Shown: positions 16,335-24,477 of the stretch, in pieces
Position numbering within the stretch: position 1 is the first letter of the stretch
Layout of the letters: every line of letters starts with the position of its first letter
Assembly (NCBI GenBank): GCA_023229525.1
Contig: JALNZC010000001.1
Location: 31,860-95,859 of the forward strand
Direction: 5' to 3'
From: Bacteroidales bacterium
GTDB taxonomy: Bacteria > Bacteroidota > Bacteroidia > Bacteroidales > FEN-979
DNA length: 64,000 nt
Made by a program: the position numbers and the translations under genes
Notes under the pieces: generated by a model
What the model saw: only the letters and a program-made list of their open reading frames with translations
Database searches by the model: none
Told to the model about the DNA's origin: nothing

Positions 16335-17105
16335 ATGACAATAACAAGTATTTCCGGAACCTATGAATGGTCCTAAAGAACCTACAATTTCCTTACGGGA
16401 TGTATGCATGACTGTAAAATATGTTATGCAAAAGAAAACAGCGTCCGTTTTAATCGATCGACAGCGGAAAGTTGGAAAAATGAAATCGTCAGACCCAAGG
16501 ATTTGACAAAACGAATACCCAAACATGAAGGAATAGTGATGTTTCCATCCAGCCACGACATCACACCGACTCATCTTTCGGAAAGTATTACGATGATAGA
16601 AAATATCTTAAGATCAGGAAATTCGTTGCTCATTGTGTCAAAACCAAACATGGAATGTATATCCAAAATTTGTGAAACCTTCACGGATTATAAGGACAGG
16701 ATTTTATTCAGGTTTACGATTGGCTCCATTGATTCAGACATTTTGAAATTTTGGGAGCCCTCTGCACCGGATTTTAATGAAAGATTTGAGTGTTTAAAAT
16801 TATGTCACGGTCTCGGTTTTCAAACAAGTGTGTCGTGTGAGCCACTTTTACAAAAGAATGTCGAAGAATTGGTAAACACATTGAGCCCATTTGTTTCAGA
16901 ATCAATTTGGATCGGGAAACCAAATCACCTGTTACACCGGGTATGGATGAATGGGCACGGTGACACAGAAACAATCCAAAAGTGTAATGAGTTGCTGGCA
17001 TGGATAAACGATCCGGATTTTATCAGGGAATTGTATTTCAAATACAAAGACAACCCAATGATCAGGTTCAAGAAAAGTTTCAGACAGGATTTTTCGAAAC
17101 TGTAA
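16335..17105 (+). pseudogene. Radical-SAM-like protein (CX3CX2C) interrupted by an in-frame TAA
   Basis: One frame reads MTITSISGTYEWS-TAA(16374)-RTYNFLTGCMHDCKICYAKE.... The tracked ORF starts at the Met inside the CMHDCKIC cluster motif, so it would lack the first Cys. Confidence 0.6.
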
Positions 17106-17116
17106 AAAAGCGGTTT

Positions 17117-17155
17117 GGGTTCCATTTTTCTTCAAAATGGGACCCTCTTTTTTTT
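17117..17155 (+). terminator. Rho-independent terminator after the radical-SAM-like gene
   Basis: GGGTTCCATTTT-tcttc-AAAATGGGACCC stem (one mismatch) followed by TCTTTTTTTT. Confidence 0.6.
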
Positions 17156-17217
17156 ATATATACTTCAATACAACAAATCAAAACCGATAGGTTTTTAAAA
17201 AATAATCATATACACAA

Positions 17218-17400
17218 ATGGGAAAGAATATTAACAGCAGGGGATTGGATCACCAATTACTTGTCCGATTGGATGAAAATGTCATCGGAAAATTAAAAAA
17301 CCATGCAACTAAGAATGACATGAGCATGTCTGCGATAGTACGCAGAAGCCTAAGAAAATTCTTTGAAAATGAAGAAATGAAAAACCGCGAAACCGGTTAA
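17218..17400 (+). CDS. Ribbon-helix-helix (CopG/Arc-like) DNA-binding protein
   Basis: LLVRLDENVIGKLKNHATKNDMSMSAIVRRSLRKFF fits the beta-strand/helix/helix RHH pattern; 60 aa. Confidence 0.65.
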   Translation: MGKNINSRGLDHQLLVRLDENVIGKLKNHATKNDMSMSAIVRRSLRKFFENEEMKNRETG

Positions 17401-17417
17401 AAAACAATGGATGTGAA

Positions 17418-18074
17418 ATGAAAATCAGTATTGATATCTTAAAAGAAAACCCACTAAACCAAGAGATTTACGGGGATGATGACGAAAAACAATTCAATGA
17501 ATTGGTGGAAAAAATAAGGAGTTCGGGCTGGATAAAAGCTATCCTCATCAACAATGACTATTTGATAATCAGTGGGCACAGAAGAGTTAGGGCTGCAAGG
17601 ATTTTAGGAATTGAAGCGGTTGATTGTGAGTTTGTGACTTCAGATCCGGATAAGCAGGTAGAAATATTTTTAAATGAAAACGCGTACCGAGTAAAAAGTA
17701 ATACCCAAGTATTGAGAGAAGCGGAGATGTACTTTGAAATCGAGAAGAAGAAGGCACATCAAAGAAAAATAGCAGGTGTGACCCCTGAGGTAAATTTACC
17801 TCAGGGTCGAGCCACTGAAATTGCGACAGAAAAAATCGGAATGTCGGAATCATCGTATAAAAAGGGTCGACAAATACTGAAACGAATTGAGCAAGAAGAT
17901 GACCCAATGATTGAATGGATATTGGAATGTACAACTGCCCAAAGTATTGATGCTGGATCAAAACTGGCCATAAAACCTACTGGGTTTATTAAAGATGTTA
18001 TTGAAAGAACGGGTGGTGACAAAGACAAAATCCCAGTCGCCTTCCGTGAAGTAGAACAAGCGGAATTGAAATAG
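17418..18074 (+). CDS. ParB-like nuclease (ParB/Srx) domain protein; N-terminal half of a disrupted ParB-methyltransferase fusion
   Basis: ParB N-domain motif LIISGHRRVRAARILG. Ends at TAG 18072, and the MT-A70-like sequence continues in the same frame. Confidence 0.75.
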   Translation: MKISIDILKENPLNQEIYGDDDEKQFNELVEKIRSSGWIKAILINNDYLIISGHRRVRAARILGIEAVDCEFVTSDPDKQVEIFLNENAYRVKSNTQVLREAEMYFEIEKKKAHQRKIAGVTPEVNLPQGRATEIATEKIGMSESSYKKGRQILKRIEQEDDPMIEWILECTTAQSIDAGSKLAIKPTGFIKDVIERTGGDKDKIPVAFREVEQAELK

Positions 18075-18497
18075 AAATCACATCTTCCACCCGGAAAATA
18101 CCAAGTCCTCTATTGTGATCTATCAAATAATCCACCGGAAAACCTGATAAAATTACCTATTGGGGAAATTGGTGAAGCGGATTCAGTATTGTTTCTCTGG
18201 ACTACCTCCCGCAGATTGGAATAAGCTTTAACACTGTTAAACCGCTGGGGATTTCATTACAAAACTTGCATGATCTGGTATCAGGATGTCTTTGAGGTGT
18301 CAGATAAAGCAGAAATACTTCTGGTATCAACAAAAAGTAACCCGCCGATGATTGAACAAACTTCGAAGGATGGTAGCAAAACTGAAAAGCCAGAATTGGT
18401 AAGACAGATAAGTGATAATAATTATTCGGGGTCCACAGTTGAATTGACATTCGGTGATTCAACCTTTAAAAAATGGGCCATGTCCAACGAAGTTTAG
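18075..18497 (+). pseudogene. MT-A70-family DNA methyltransferase remnant (degenerate motifs, in-frame TAA)
   Basis: Same frame as ParB, with no start codon. KYQVLYCDLSNNPP sits at the DPPW position. ADSVLFLWTTSRRLE-TAA(18222)-ALTLLNRWGFHYKTCMIW matches the 'lfLW...a..ll..WGF.y.t..vW' block. The tail TEKPELV..VELTFGD..KWAMSNEV is a degenerate 'KP...y..ie......ELFAR....GW..wGne'. Confidence 0.6.
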
Positions 18498-18721
18498 CGG
18501 TGGCGTTTCTTCAGAGGTGGTAAAAAGTTTCCACTTCTGACAAACCTTGGGTTACTGGCGAGAAAATATCCGGTTTTGAAAGAACTTTATATTTGGTTTT
18601 GGTGATTGATCAGAATTACAACCAAGAATGGTAATGGATAAAGTTAGTCTTCAATAGAAATATTTGCACCAAAAGCCGGAAGATTTGTCAAAAAGTTTGA
18701 TCTTTACACTAAAATCCCCAT

Positions 18722-19281
18722 GTGTACCAACTCAAAATAACCATCAACGGAATCACTCCTCCCATTTGGCGAAGACTGCTGGTGAGTGAAAATATCACAC
18801 GTTACAAACTCCACCACATCATACAGGAAAGTTTTGGATGGACAAACTCCCATCTTTATTTTTTCGGTGAAATTGATTCCAAAATTGGGGATCCTTTACT
18901 TTGGGATGATAAAGAGACAACACCTGACGGGTTGATCAAAATCCGGAATGTTTTAGTTCCAGACAATTCCACACTTAATTATACCTATGACATGGGTGAT
19001 AATTGGGTTCACACCATTGAATTGGAACAGGTGTATCAGGAAATGAAAACCAAACGAAAGTGTATTGGTGGTGAAAGAAGATGTCCGCCGGAAGATTGTG
19101 GTGGAATTCCCGGGTATTACCAAATATTGGAAACATTGAAACATCCCGGACCACGGAATACCGGGAGATGGTAACATGGTTAGATGGGAAGATTGACCCG
19201 GAATTCATTGGCATCCGGAAGATAAACGCTCATCTTGGATTGCTGAGTGAATATATCAGGGAGTATGAAGAAGGAGAATGA
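18722..19281 (+). pseudogene. pRiA4b ORF-3-like (IS1096 TnpR-passenger-like) protein, frameshifted near the C-terminus
   Basis: YQLKITINGITPPIWRRLLVSENITRYKLHHIIQESFGWTNSHLYFF and CPPEDCGGIPGYYQ are family hallmarks. The expected continuation EYREMVTWLDGKIDPEF is found in ORF 19081..19281, in another frame. The junction is near 19145..19160. Confidence 0.7.
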
Positions 19282-19306
19282 TTGTAAACGAAAACTTTAA
19301 TTAAAT

Positions 19307-19855
19307 ATGGAGAAACAAGAAAAATCAGCCATTGAAAGCAGAAAAAATCAAATTCTAAATTTGATAAAGGAATTTTGTACACAAAAACTTGATAATGATT
19401 ATTTTGAATTATCAGAACGTCTTTTAAATAAACTTGGAAGAAAAAGAGATGTTCCATTCATGAGCGGAAAGATTGAAATATGGGCTGCCGCGGTTATCCA
19501 CACTCTTGGTACTATTAACTTTCTGTTCGATAAATCATTTGAACCTTACACGACAGTTGATGAAATCAATGTATTTTTCGGTACAAATAAATCTTCAACT
19601 GGTCAAAAATCAAAGATCATTCGAGATTTGCTAAACCTTGGATATTTTGACAACGAGTTTTCCACAGACCACATGAAACAAAATAATCCATTTGCAAGGT
19701 TAACGATGGTCAATGGGTTTATTGTTTCAAAAGATTCTTTACCAGATCTGCTTCCCAAAAAAGATTCATTACCGAAAACACTTCCTAAAAAGGAAAAGAA
19801 AAAAACATCGCACGAGTCAGATGATTCTGTTCTGGATCTTTTTTCGTCAGAATAA
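19307..19855 (+). CDS. DUF6398-like protein with Lys-rich tail
   Basis: Central 'GKIEIWAAAVIHTLGTINFLFDKS....VDEINVFFGTNKSSTGQKSKIIRDLL' resembles the DUF6398 core from memory. Assignment is tentative. Confidence 0.45.
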   Translation: MEKQEKSAIESRKNQILNLIKEFCTQKLDNDYFELSERLLNKLGRKRDVPFMSGKIEIWAAAVIHTLGTINFLFDKSFEPYTTVDEINVFFGTNKSSTGQKSKIIRDLLNLGYFDNEFSTDHMKQNNPFARLTMVNGFIVSKDSLPDLLPKKDSLPKTLPKKEKKKTSHESDDSVLDLFSSE

Positions 19856-20485
19856 ATGAACATGCTTCCAATTGTAAAGGCAAAAAAACATGAAGAATTT
19901 ACGGTAACCATCATGAACAAAACACTTCAAGAAAAAACAACCTTTATAAAAGTTGATTACTCCGATAAGAATTCGTCAGATCAAGAATTTGACTCTTGCA
20001 CATTTATAAACTGCATCTTCTCAAAAAGTGACCTGTCCAACAGCGATTTTCTGGATTGTAATTTTAAAGAATGTAGTTTCAGCATGGTCAAACTGAACAA
20101 TACTGGATTGAAAAATGTCAGTTTCATCGGTTGTAAACTCTTAGGCATTGATTTTACAAAATGTAAAGATTTTCTTCTTTCATTCAACTTTGAGAAGTGC
20201 TCATTGGATTACTCAGCATTTCACAAGAAAAAAATCAAGAACACCATATTTAAAGACTGTTCTATAAAAGAAGCTGATTTCACAGAAACCGACCTGACCG
20301 CTTCAAGTTTTCTTAATTGTGACTTGACCAGAACTATATTCATGCATACGGTTTTAGAGAAAGTAGATTTTCGAACAGCAAATAATTATTCCTTTGATCT
20401 TGAGCTGAATAGAGTAAAGAAGGCGAAATTCTCATCCGCTGGTATTATCGGGTTATTGGATAAATATCAAATTATCATTGAGTAA
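19856..20485 (+). CDS. Pentapeptide-repeat protein
   Basis: Continuous A(D/N)LXX-type pentads: FDSCTFINCIFSKSDLSNSDFLDCNFKECSFSMVKLNNTGLKNVSFIGCKLLGIDFTKC.... Confidence 0.85.
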   Translation: MNMLPIVKAKKHEEFTVTIMNKTLQEKTTFIKVDYSDKNSSDQEFDSCTFINCIFSKSDLSNSDFLDCNFKECSFSMVKLNNTGLKNVSFIGCKLLGIDFTKCKDFLLSFNFEKCSLDYSAFHKKKIKNTIFKDCSIKEADFTETDLTASSFLNCDLTRTIFMHTVLEKVDFRTANNYSFDLELNRVKKAKFSSAGIIGLLDKYQIIIE

Positions 20486-20534
20486 CAAATCAAGTCTGTC
20501 ACAATCAGGACATTCTAAATAGAAAGGAACGGCG

Positions 20535-20822
20535 ATGATTAGCTGGATTAAGGATAATATCGGGATTAAGAACGTTCTCATACTGGCGTTGGTAGTCTTT
20601 GTAATTGTAGGATTTATATTTGCTCCCTCATGGTACAAACTGATTATTGGAAGTCAATATGAAGGTATTGCACAAGCAAGGATTACAAATATTACTGAAC
20701 GGACAACCACATTTCAACATCATAATGGAACCAATACCAAGACAGTTGGGTATGACATATCTTATTACTACGAAGTGAAAAATGAGAAATTCACTAACAC
20801 TGAATTTAATCAATTGGTATGA
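20535..20822 (+). CDS. Small membrane-anchored protein (DUF3592-like), probably 3'-truncated by the IS insertion
   Basis: One TM (VLILALVVFVIVGFIFAP), then a beta-rich region. The stop codon lies 3 nt before the left end of the IS. Confidence 0.4.
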   Translation: MISWIKDNIGIKNVLILALVVFVIVGFIFAPSWYKLIIGSQYEGIAQARITNITERTTTFQHHNGTNTKTVGYDISYYYEVKNEKFTNTEFNQLV

Positions 20823-20825
20823 ACC

Positions 20826-21982
20826 CCAGGGTATTTTAAGATAACCCCAAACGTTCTTTGAAATATTTTTTAACAGGTTGCAAATTTATAGGTGTTAACG
20901 TAAGGCGTATTTCTTTCGATTACTGCAAAAATCCTTGCTACCAGCTTGTTGCGTATTATATTCAATGTCGACATTTTATGTTTACCATTGTATATCCTTC
21001 GTTGATAATACAATCGCATTTCTGGATTATGTATAATCGCGGTGGCTGCGCAATTGCTGAGTAATGATTTAAGCTTCTTATTGGCCAGATGACTGACCTT
21101 TGTTCGTCCTCTGATACTTGTTCCGCTTTGATAGGGAAATGGTGCAATGCCTGAATAGCTTGCAAATTTTCTCCAATCTTTAAACAGGGTAAACGCATTG
21201 GTAAAGGCAATCATAAACATGGCTGTTTGAGGACCAACCCCTTTAATGCTGGTAATCAGATCATACATGTGCTTCATCTGCTGGTTGTGCTTGATTAAAT
21301 CTTCAAGCTCCTTTTCGATGATGAGGATTTGCTTGTTCAGCTCACTGATGATTTTCTTGTGAACTTCGAAAAAAACAGGATTATCCGTTTTCTTAAGAAA
21401 CCGTTCATGTTCCATTAACGAAGCTTCATACCCAGCCCTGTGTTTTACTAACCGTTCTCGTAATGAAAGCAGGCGCCGAAGTTCTGTTAATTCCTCGGAT
21501 GGCATCACGTATGGAGTGATCTCTTCTTTGCGGCGAAATGTATATAAAGCTATCGCTTTCGCATCGATCTTATCATCCTTCCCTCTTGTGATCCCTAAGG
21601 AACGTCTAAGTTCTAACCCAAGTATCATAAGGAATGAATATCCATTTTCTGCTAGAAAAACAGATAGTGGATATGAGTATAATCCGGTGTGTTCAAATGC
21701 GAACAACAAGGATTCCCGGGCAGATGTGACATGCTTTTCTACCCATTTTGTGAGTTTTTTGTACCCTTGCAAAGAATTTTCAAATTGATCGGTCAACCCC
21801 ACTGTGTGAATAATCACATCCAGCGTTTCTTTGCTAACATCAATACCGATTGTTTCCACATAGTTCATACTGATTACTGTTAAACATTATGGTCGCAAAC
21901 TAACACCTTTAATAGGCCTTGAAACCTAAAATTTTAAATGGTCCTACGCAACCTGTTAAAGAATGGGGACTAATACCCATGG
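20826..21982 (-). mobile_element. IS110-family insertion sequence (about 1.16 kb) with imperfect terminal/subterminal inverted repeats
   Basis: Perfect 12-bp inverted repeat TTAACAGGTTGC (20870..20881) / GCAACCTGTTAA (21948..21959). Outer imperfect matches CCAGGGTATT (20826..) versus AATACCCATGG (..21982), plus CCCCA and TTCTTT blocks. Encloses the transposase gene. Confidence 0.75.
20870..21868 (-). CDS. IS110-family transposase (DEDD N-domain plus IS116/IS110/IS902 C-domain)
   Basis: N-terminus IGIDVSKETLDV, and a C-terminal signature SIKGVGPQTAMFMIAFT....FASYSGIAPFPYQSGTSIRGRTKVSHLANKKLKSLL. Confidence 0.9.
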   Translation of the reverse strand: MNYVETIGIDVSKETLDVIIHTVGLTDQFENSLQGYKKLTKWVEKHVTSARESLLFAFEHTGLYSYPLSVFLAENGYSFLMILGLELRRSLGITRGKDDKIDAKAIALYTFRRKEEITPYVMPSEELTELRRLLSLRERLVKHRAGYEASLMEHERFLKKTDNPVFFEVHKKIISELNKQILIIEKELEDLIKHNQQMKHMYDLITSIKGVGPQTAMFMIAFTNAFTLFKDWRKFASYSGIAPFPYQSGTSIRGRTKVSHLANKKLKSLLSNCAATAIIHNPEMRLYYQRRIYNGKHKMSTLNIIRNKLVARIFAVIERNTPYVNTYKFATC

Positions 21983-22123
21983 ATAGGTCTTTAAGCCTAG
22001 CAAGCCCCAAAGTTCACCCCATTCAGTTTTATTAACAATATTATGAGTTTTCAACAAAGAAAAAGAACCAAAAAGAAATCAACAACAACAAAATATATTT
22101 ATAAAATATGTTACAAACCTAAA

Positions 22124-22237
22124 GGCAAGCCCTGGACCCGAATTCCGCCCCAAGGGGCGGGGAATTTACCCTGAATACCTCAACCCCTTCACCCCTTCTC
22201 CTTAAGGAGAAGGGGTCTGGGGATGAGGTGATTAAAA
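22124..22237 (+). repeat. Dispersed REP-like element, copy B (longest copy, two perfect hairpins)
   Basis: GGCAAGCCCTGGACCCGAATT then hairpin CCGCCCC-aa-GGGGCGG (22145..22160), hairpin CCCCTTCTCC-ttaa-GGAGAAGGGG (22192..22215), and terminal GGGGATGAGGTGATTAAA ending 1 nt from the EF-G-like stop codon. Confidence 0.75.
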
Positions 22238-24373
22238 TTATTCCTCGTCCTTCTCCTGTTCTTCGTAAGCTTTGAGAAGTTTATCCTGGATATCCCCCGG
22301 TACCTGTGCATATTCGGCGAACTTCATTCCATAGGTGGCGCGACCGCTGGTGAGTGAACTAAGGGCCGTGGAATACCGGTTCAGTTCAGCAAGGGGAACC
22401 TTGGCCAATATTTTCTGGTAATTACCTTCGCTGTCCATCCCCATGATCACTGCACGACGACCCTGAAGGTCGGTCATCACTTCTCCCATCTTGTCTTCGG
22501 GAACAATTACTTCCACATCATAAATCGGTTCAAGGATTTTGGGTCCGGCGTTCTTAAAAGCTTCTTTAAAGGCATTGCGGCCGGCCAGTTTGAAAGAAAT
22601 TTCGTTGGAGTCGACAGGGTGCATCTTTCCATCGTAAACATTAAAGACGATATCCCGTGCATACGAACCGGTGAGAGGCCCCTCTTCCATTTTTTCCATA
22701 ACTCCTTTGAGAATGGCAGGCAAAAAGCGTGCATCGATAGCGCCTCCAACGATACAGTTATTCATCTGGAGTTTGCCGCCCCATTCCAGTTCGATCACAT
22801 CCCGGCCACGGATGGGAAAATCGTTCTGATCGGCCATCCCTTCGCGATAGGGCTGGATCATCATGTGAACTTCTCCGAATTGACCAGAACCACCTGATTG
22901 CTTTTTATGACGATACATGGATTTCGCCGGCTTGGTAATGGTTTCACGATATGGAATCCGAGGTGCATAATATTCGATGGGAATTTTTTCCAATGTCTCC
23001 ACATGCCATTTGGCCAGGTTGAGGTGAAGTTCTCCTTGACCCTGAAGGATCATCTGTTTTAACTCGCGTGAATAACCCATCATAAGGGTAGGATCCATTT
23101 TAGCCAATTCATTCAGAATACTGCTGATCTTTTCGTCATCGGCTGTGCTTCTTGCCTTCACGGCAGTACGGAATTTAGGATCGGGAAACACCGTAGGTTC
23201 GATGATATCATCCGCATTCTTCGGCGAATTCAGGGTATTGTTGGTATAGGAATTTTTCAGTTTGATCGTGGCGCCGATATCCCCGGCTACCAATTTTTCA
23301 ACTTTTTCGCGGTTTTTACCATTGACGATGAAAATCTGGGAGACCCGTTCCTTGGACTGTCGGTTTGGGTTGATCATATCTAACGCTTCCGTGATTTCAC
23401 CGGCATAAACTTTGAAATATGAAATCTCACCGAGGTGCTGTTCAACAGAGGTTTTAAAAATAAAAGCAGAGGCCGGATCGGTCACTTTACAATTCAGCGC
23501 TTTCCCGTCTTTGGTCTTGACTCCTGGAATTTCGTCCGGCGCCGGAACGTTTCCAGCAATAAATTCAAGCAGCCTGGCAACACCCATATCCTGTTTTGCA
23601 CATGTACAGAGTACAGGGAATATTGTCCTGCTGATCAAACCGGTTTTAAGGGCTGTCTGCATCTGTTCTTCTGACAGGGTTCCTTTGTCAAAAAAGATTT
23701 CCATCAGGGATTCATCCTTGGATGCAAGCTCTTCTACCAAAGTAGTATACATTTCTTCTGCTTTCGATTTTTCGCTGGCAGGGATATCGGTTATTTCCGG
23801 CTTTCCTCCACCCTGGGGAAATTTGAACATCTTCATTTTCAGCAGGTCGATGATGGCATTAAACCCGGAACCGGCATTCACCGGGTATTGCATAAGGGCG
23901 ACATTTTTCCCGAACTGCTGTTTCATCTGACGGAAAGTATCCTCGAAATTGGCATGTTCCTGATCGAGGTGATTGATCGCGAATATAACTGGCTTTTCTG
24001 CCCGGGTGGAATATCGCCAGGTAATTTCAGTGCCAACTTCCACACCGTTTTGGGAATTTATTACCATCACAGCAGTATCCGCAACCCTTAAGGCTGAAAT
24101 CACTTCTCCGCAAAAATCATCAAACCCCGGAGTATCTATAATATTGATTTTTTTGTTGTCAAAGAGCGTATATAAAATGGATGCCGAAACGGAATTCTGG
24201 CGTTCCAGCTCAATAGGCCTGTAATCGGAAACTGTGTTTTTATCTTCAACCGATCCCCGGCGGCTGATCACTCCTCCCTCAAACAGCATGGCTTCAGCCA
24301 AGGTTGTTTTCCCAGATTTAGCGCCGCCTATCAGCGCGATGTTACGGATTTCATTGGTTTGGAATACCTTCAT
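22238..24373 (-). CDS. EF-G paralogue with non-canonical GTPase motifs (EF-G2-like)
   Basis: Full five-domain EF-G length (711 aa). G1 GGAKSGKT. G3 is DTPGFDDF (Phe in place of the catalytic His). G4 is NHLD rather than NKxD. Confidence 0.85.
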   Translation of the reverse strand: MKVFQTNEIRNIALIGGAKSGKTTLAEAMLFEGGVISRRGSVEDKNTVSDYRPIELERQNSVSASILYTLFDNKKINIIDTPGFDDFCGEVISALRVADTAVMVINSQNGVEVGTEITWRYSTRAEKPVIFAINHLDQEHANFEDTFRQMKQQFGKNVALMQYPVNAGSGFNAIIDLLKMKMFKFPQGGGKPEITDIPASEKSKAEEMYTTLVEELASKDESLMEIFFDKGTLSEEQMQTALKTGLISRTIFPVLCTCAKQDMGVARLLEFIAGNVPAPDEIPGVKTKDGKALNCKVTDPASAFIFKTSVEQHLGEISYFKVYAGEITEALDMINPNRQSKERVSQIFIVNGKNREKVEKLVAGDIGATIKLKNSYTNNTLNSPKNADDIIEPTVFPDPKFRTAVKARSTADDEKISSILNELAKMDPTLMMGYSRELKQMILQGQGELHLNLAKWHVETLEKIPIEYYAPRIPYRETITKPAKSMYRHKKQSGGSGQFGEVHMMIQPYREGMADQNDFPIRGRDVIELEWGGKLQMNNCIVGGAIDARFLPAILKGVMEKMEEGPLTGSYARDIVFNVYDGKMHPVDSNEISFKLAGRNAFKEAFKNAGPKILEPIYDVEVIVPEDKMGEVMTDLQGRRAVIMGMDSEGNYQKILAKVPLAELNRYSTALSSLTSGRATYGMKFAEYAQVPGDIQDKLLKAYEEQEKDEE

Positions 24374-24429
24374 GACAGCTTAGAAATTAATGTAAGTACT
24401 TGAGAATTATTCGTTTCGTGAAAAGGTTG

Positions 24430-24437
24430 CAAAAATA
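24430..24437 (-). promoter_or_regulatory. -7 box TATTTTTG for the EF-G-like gene
   Basis: Reverse complement of caaaaata; about 57 nt upstream of ATG 24373. Confidence 0.45.
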
Positions 24438-24477
24438 CAAAAAGACCGTGATATAACCAAGAGCAGGCTCTTGCGAG

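Noticed and set aside
16374-18224. Stop-codon reassignment (recoded prophage) as the explanation for the in-frame TAA/TAG/TAA
   Set aside because: Two different stop codons are involved, neighbouring intact genes in the island terminate on the same codons, and the methyltransferase motifs are independently eroded. Pseudogenisation is simpler.
23412-23930. 172-aa plus-strand ORF, and other ORFs antisense to the EF-G genes (26949..27464, 27872..28312, 28370..28820)
   Set aside because: Shadow ORFs opposite highly conserved EF-G coding sequence.
24459-24474. CAAGAGC-ag-GCTCTTG hairpin after the pfkB-family gene as a terminator
   Set aside because: The stem is only 7 bp and is not followed by a T-run on the transcribed strand. 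Too weak to annotate.
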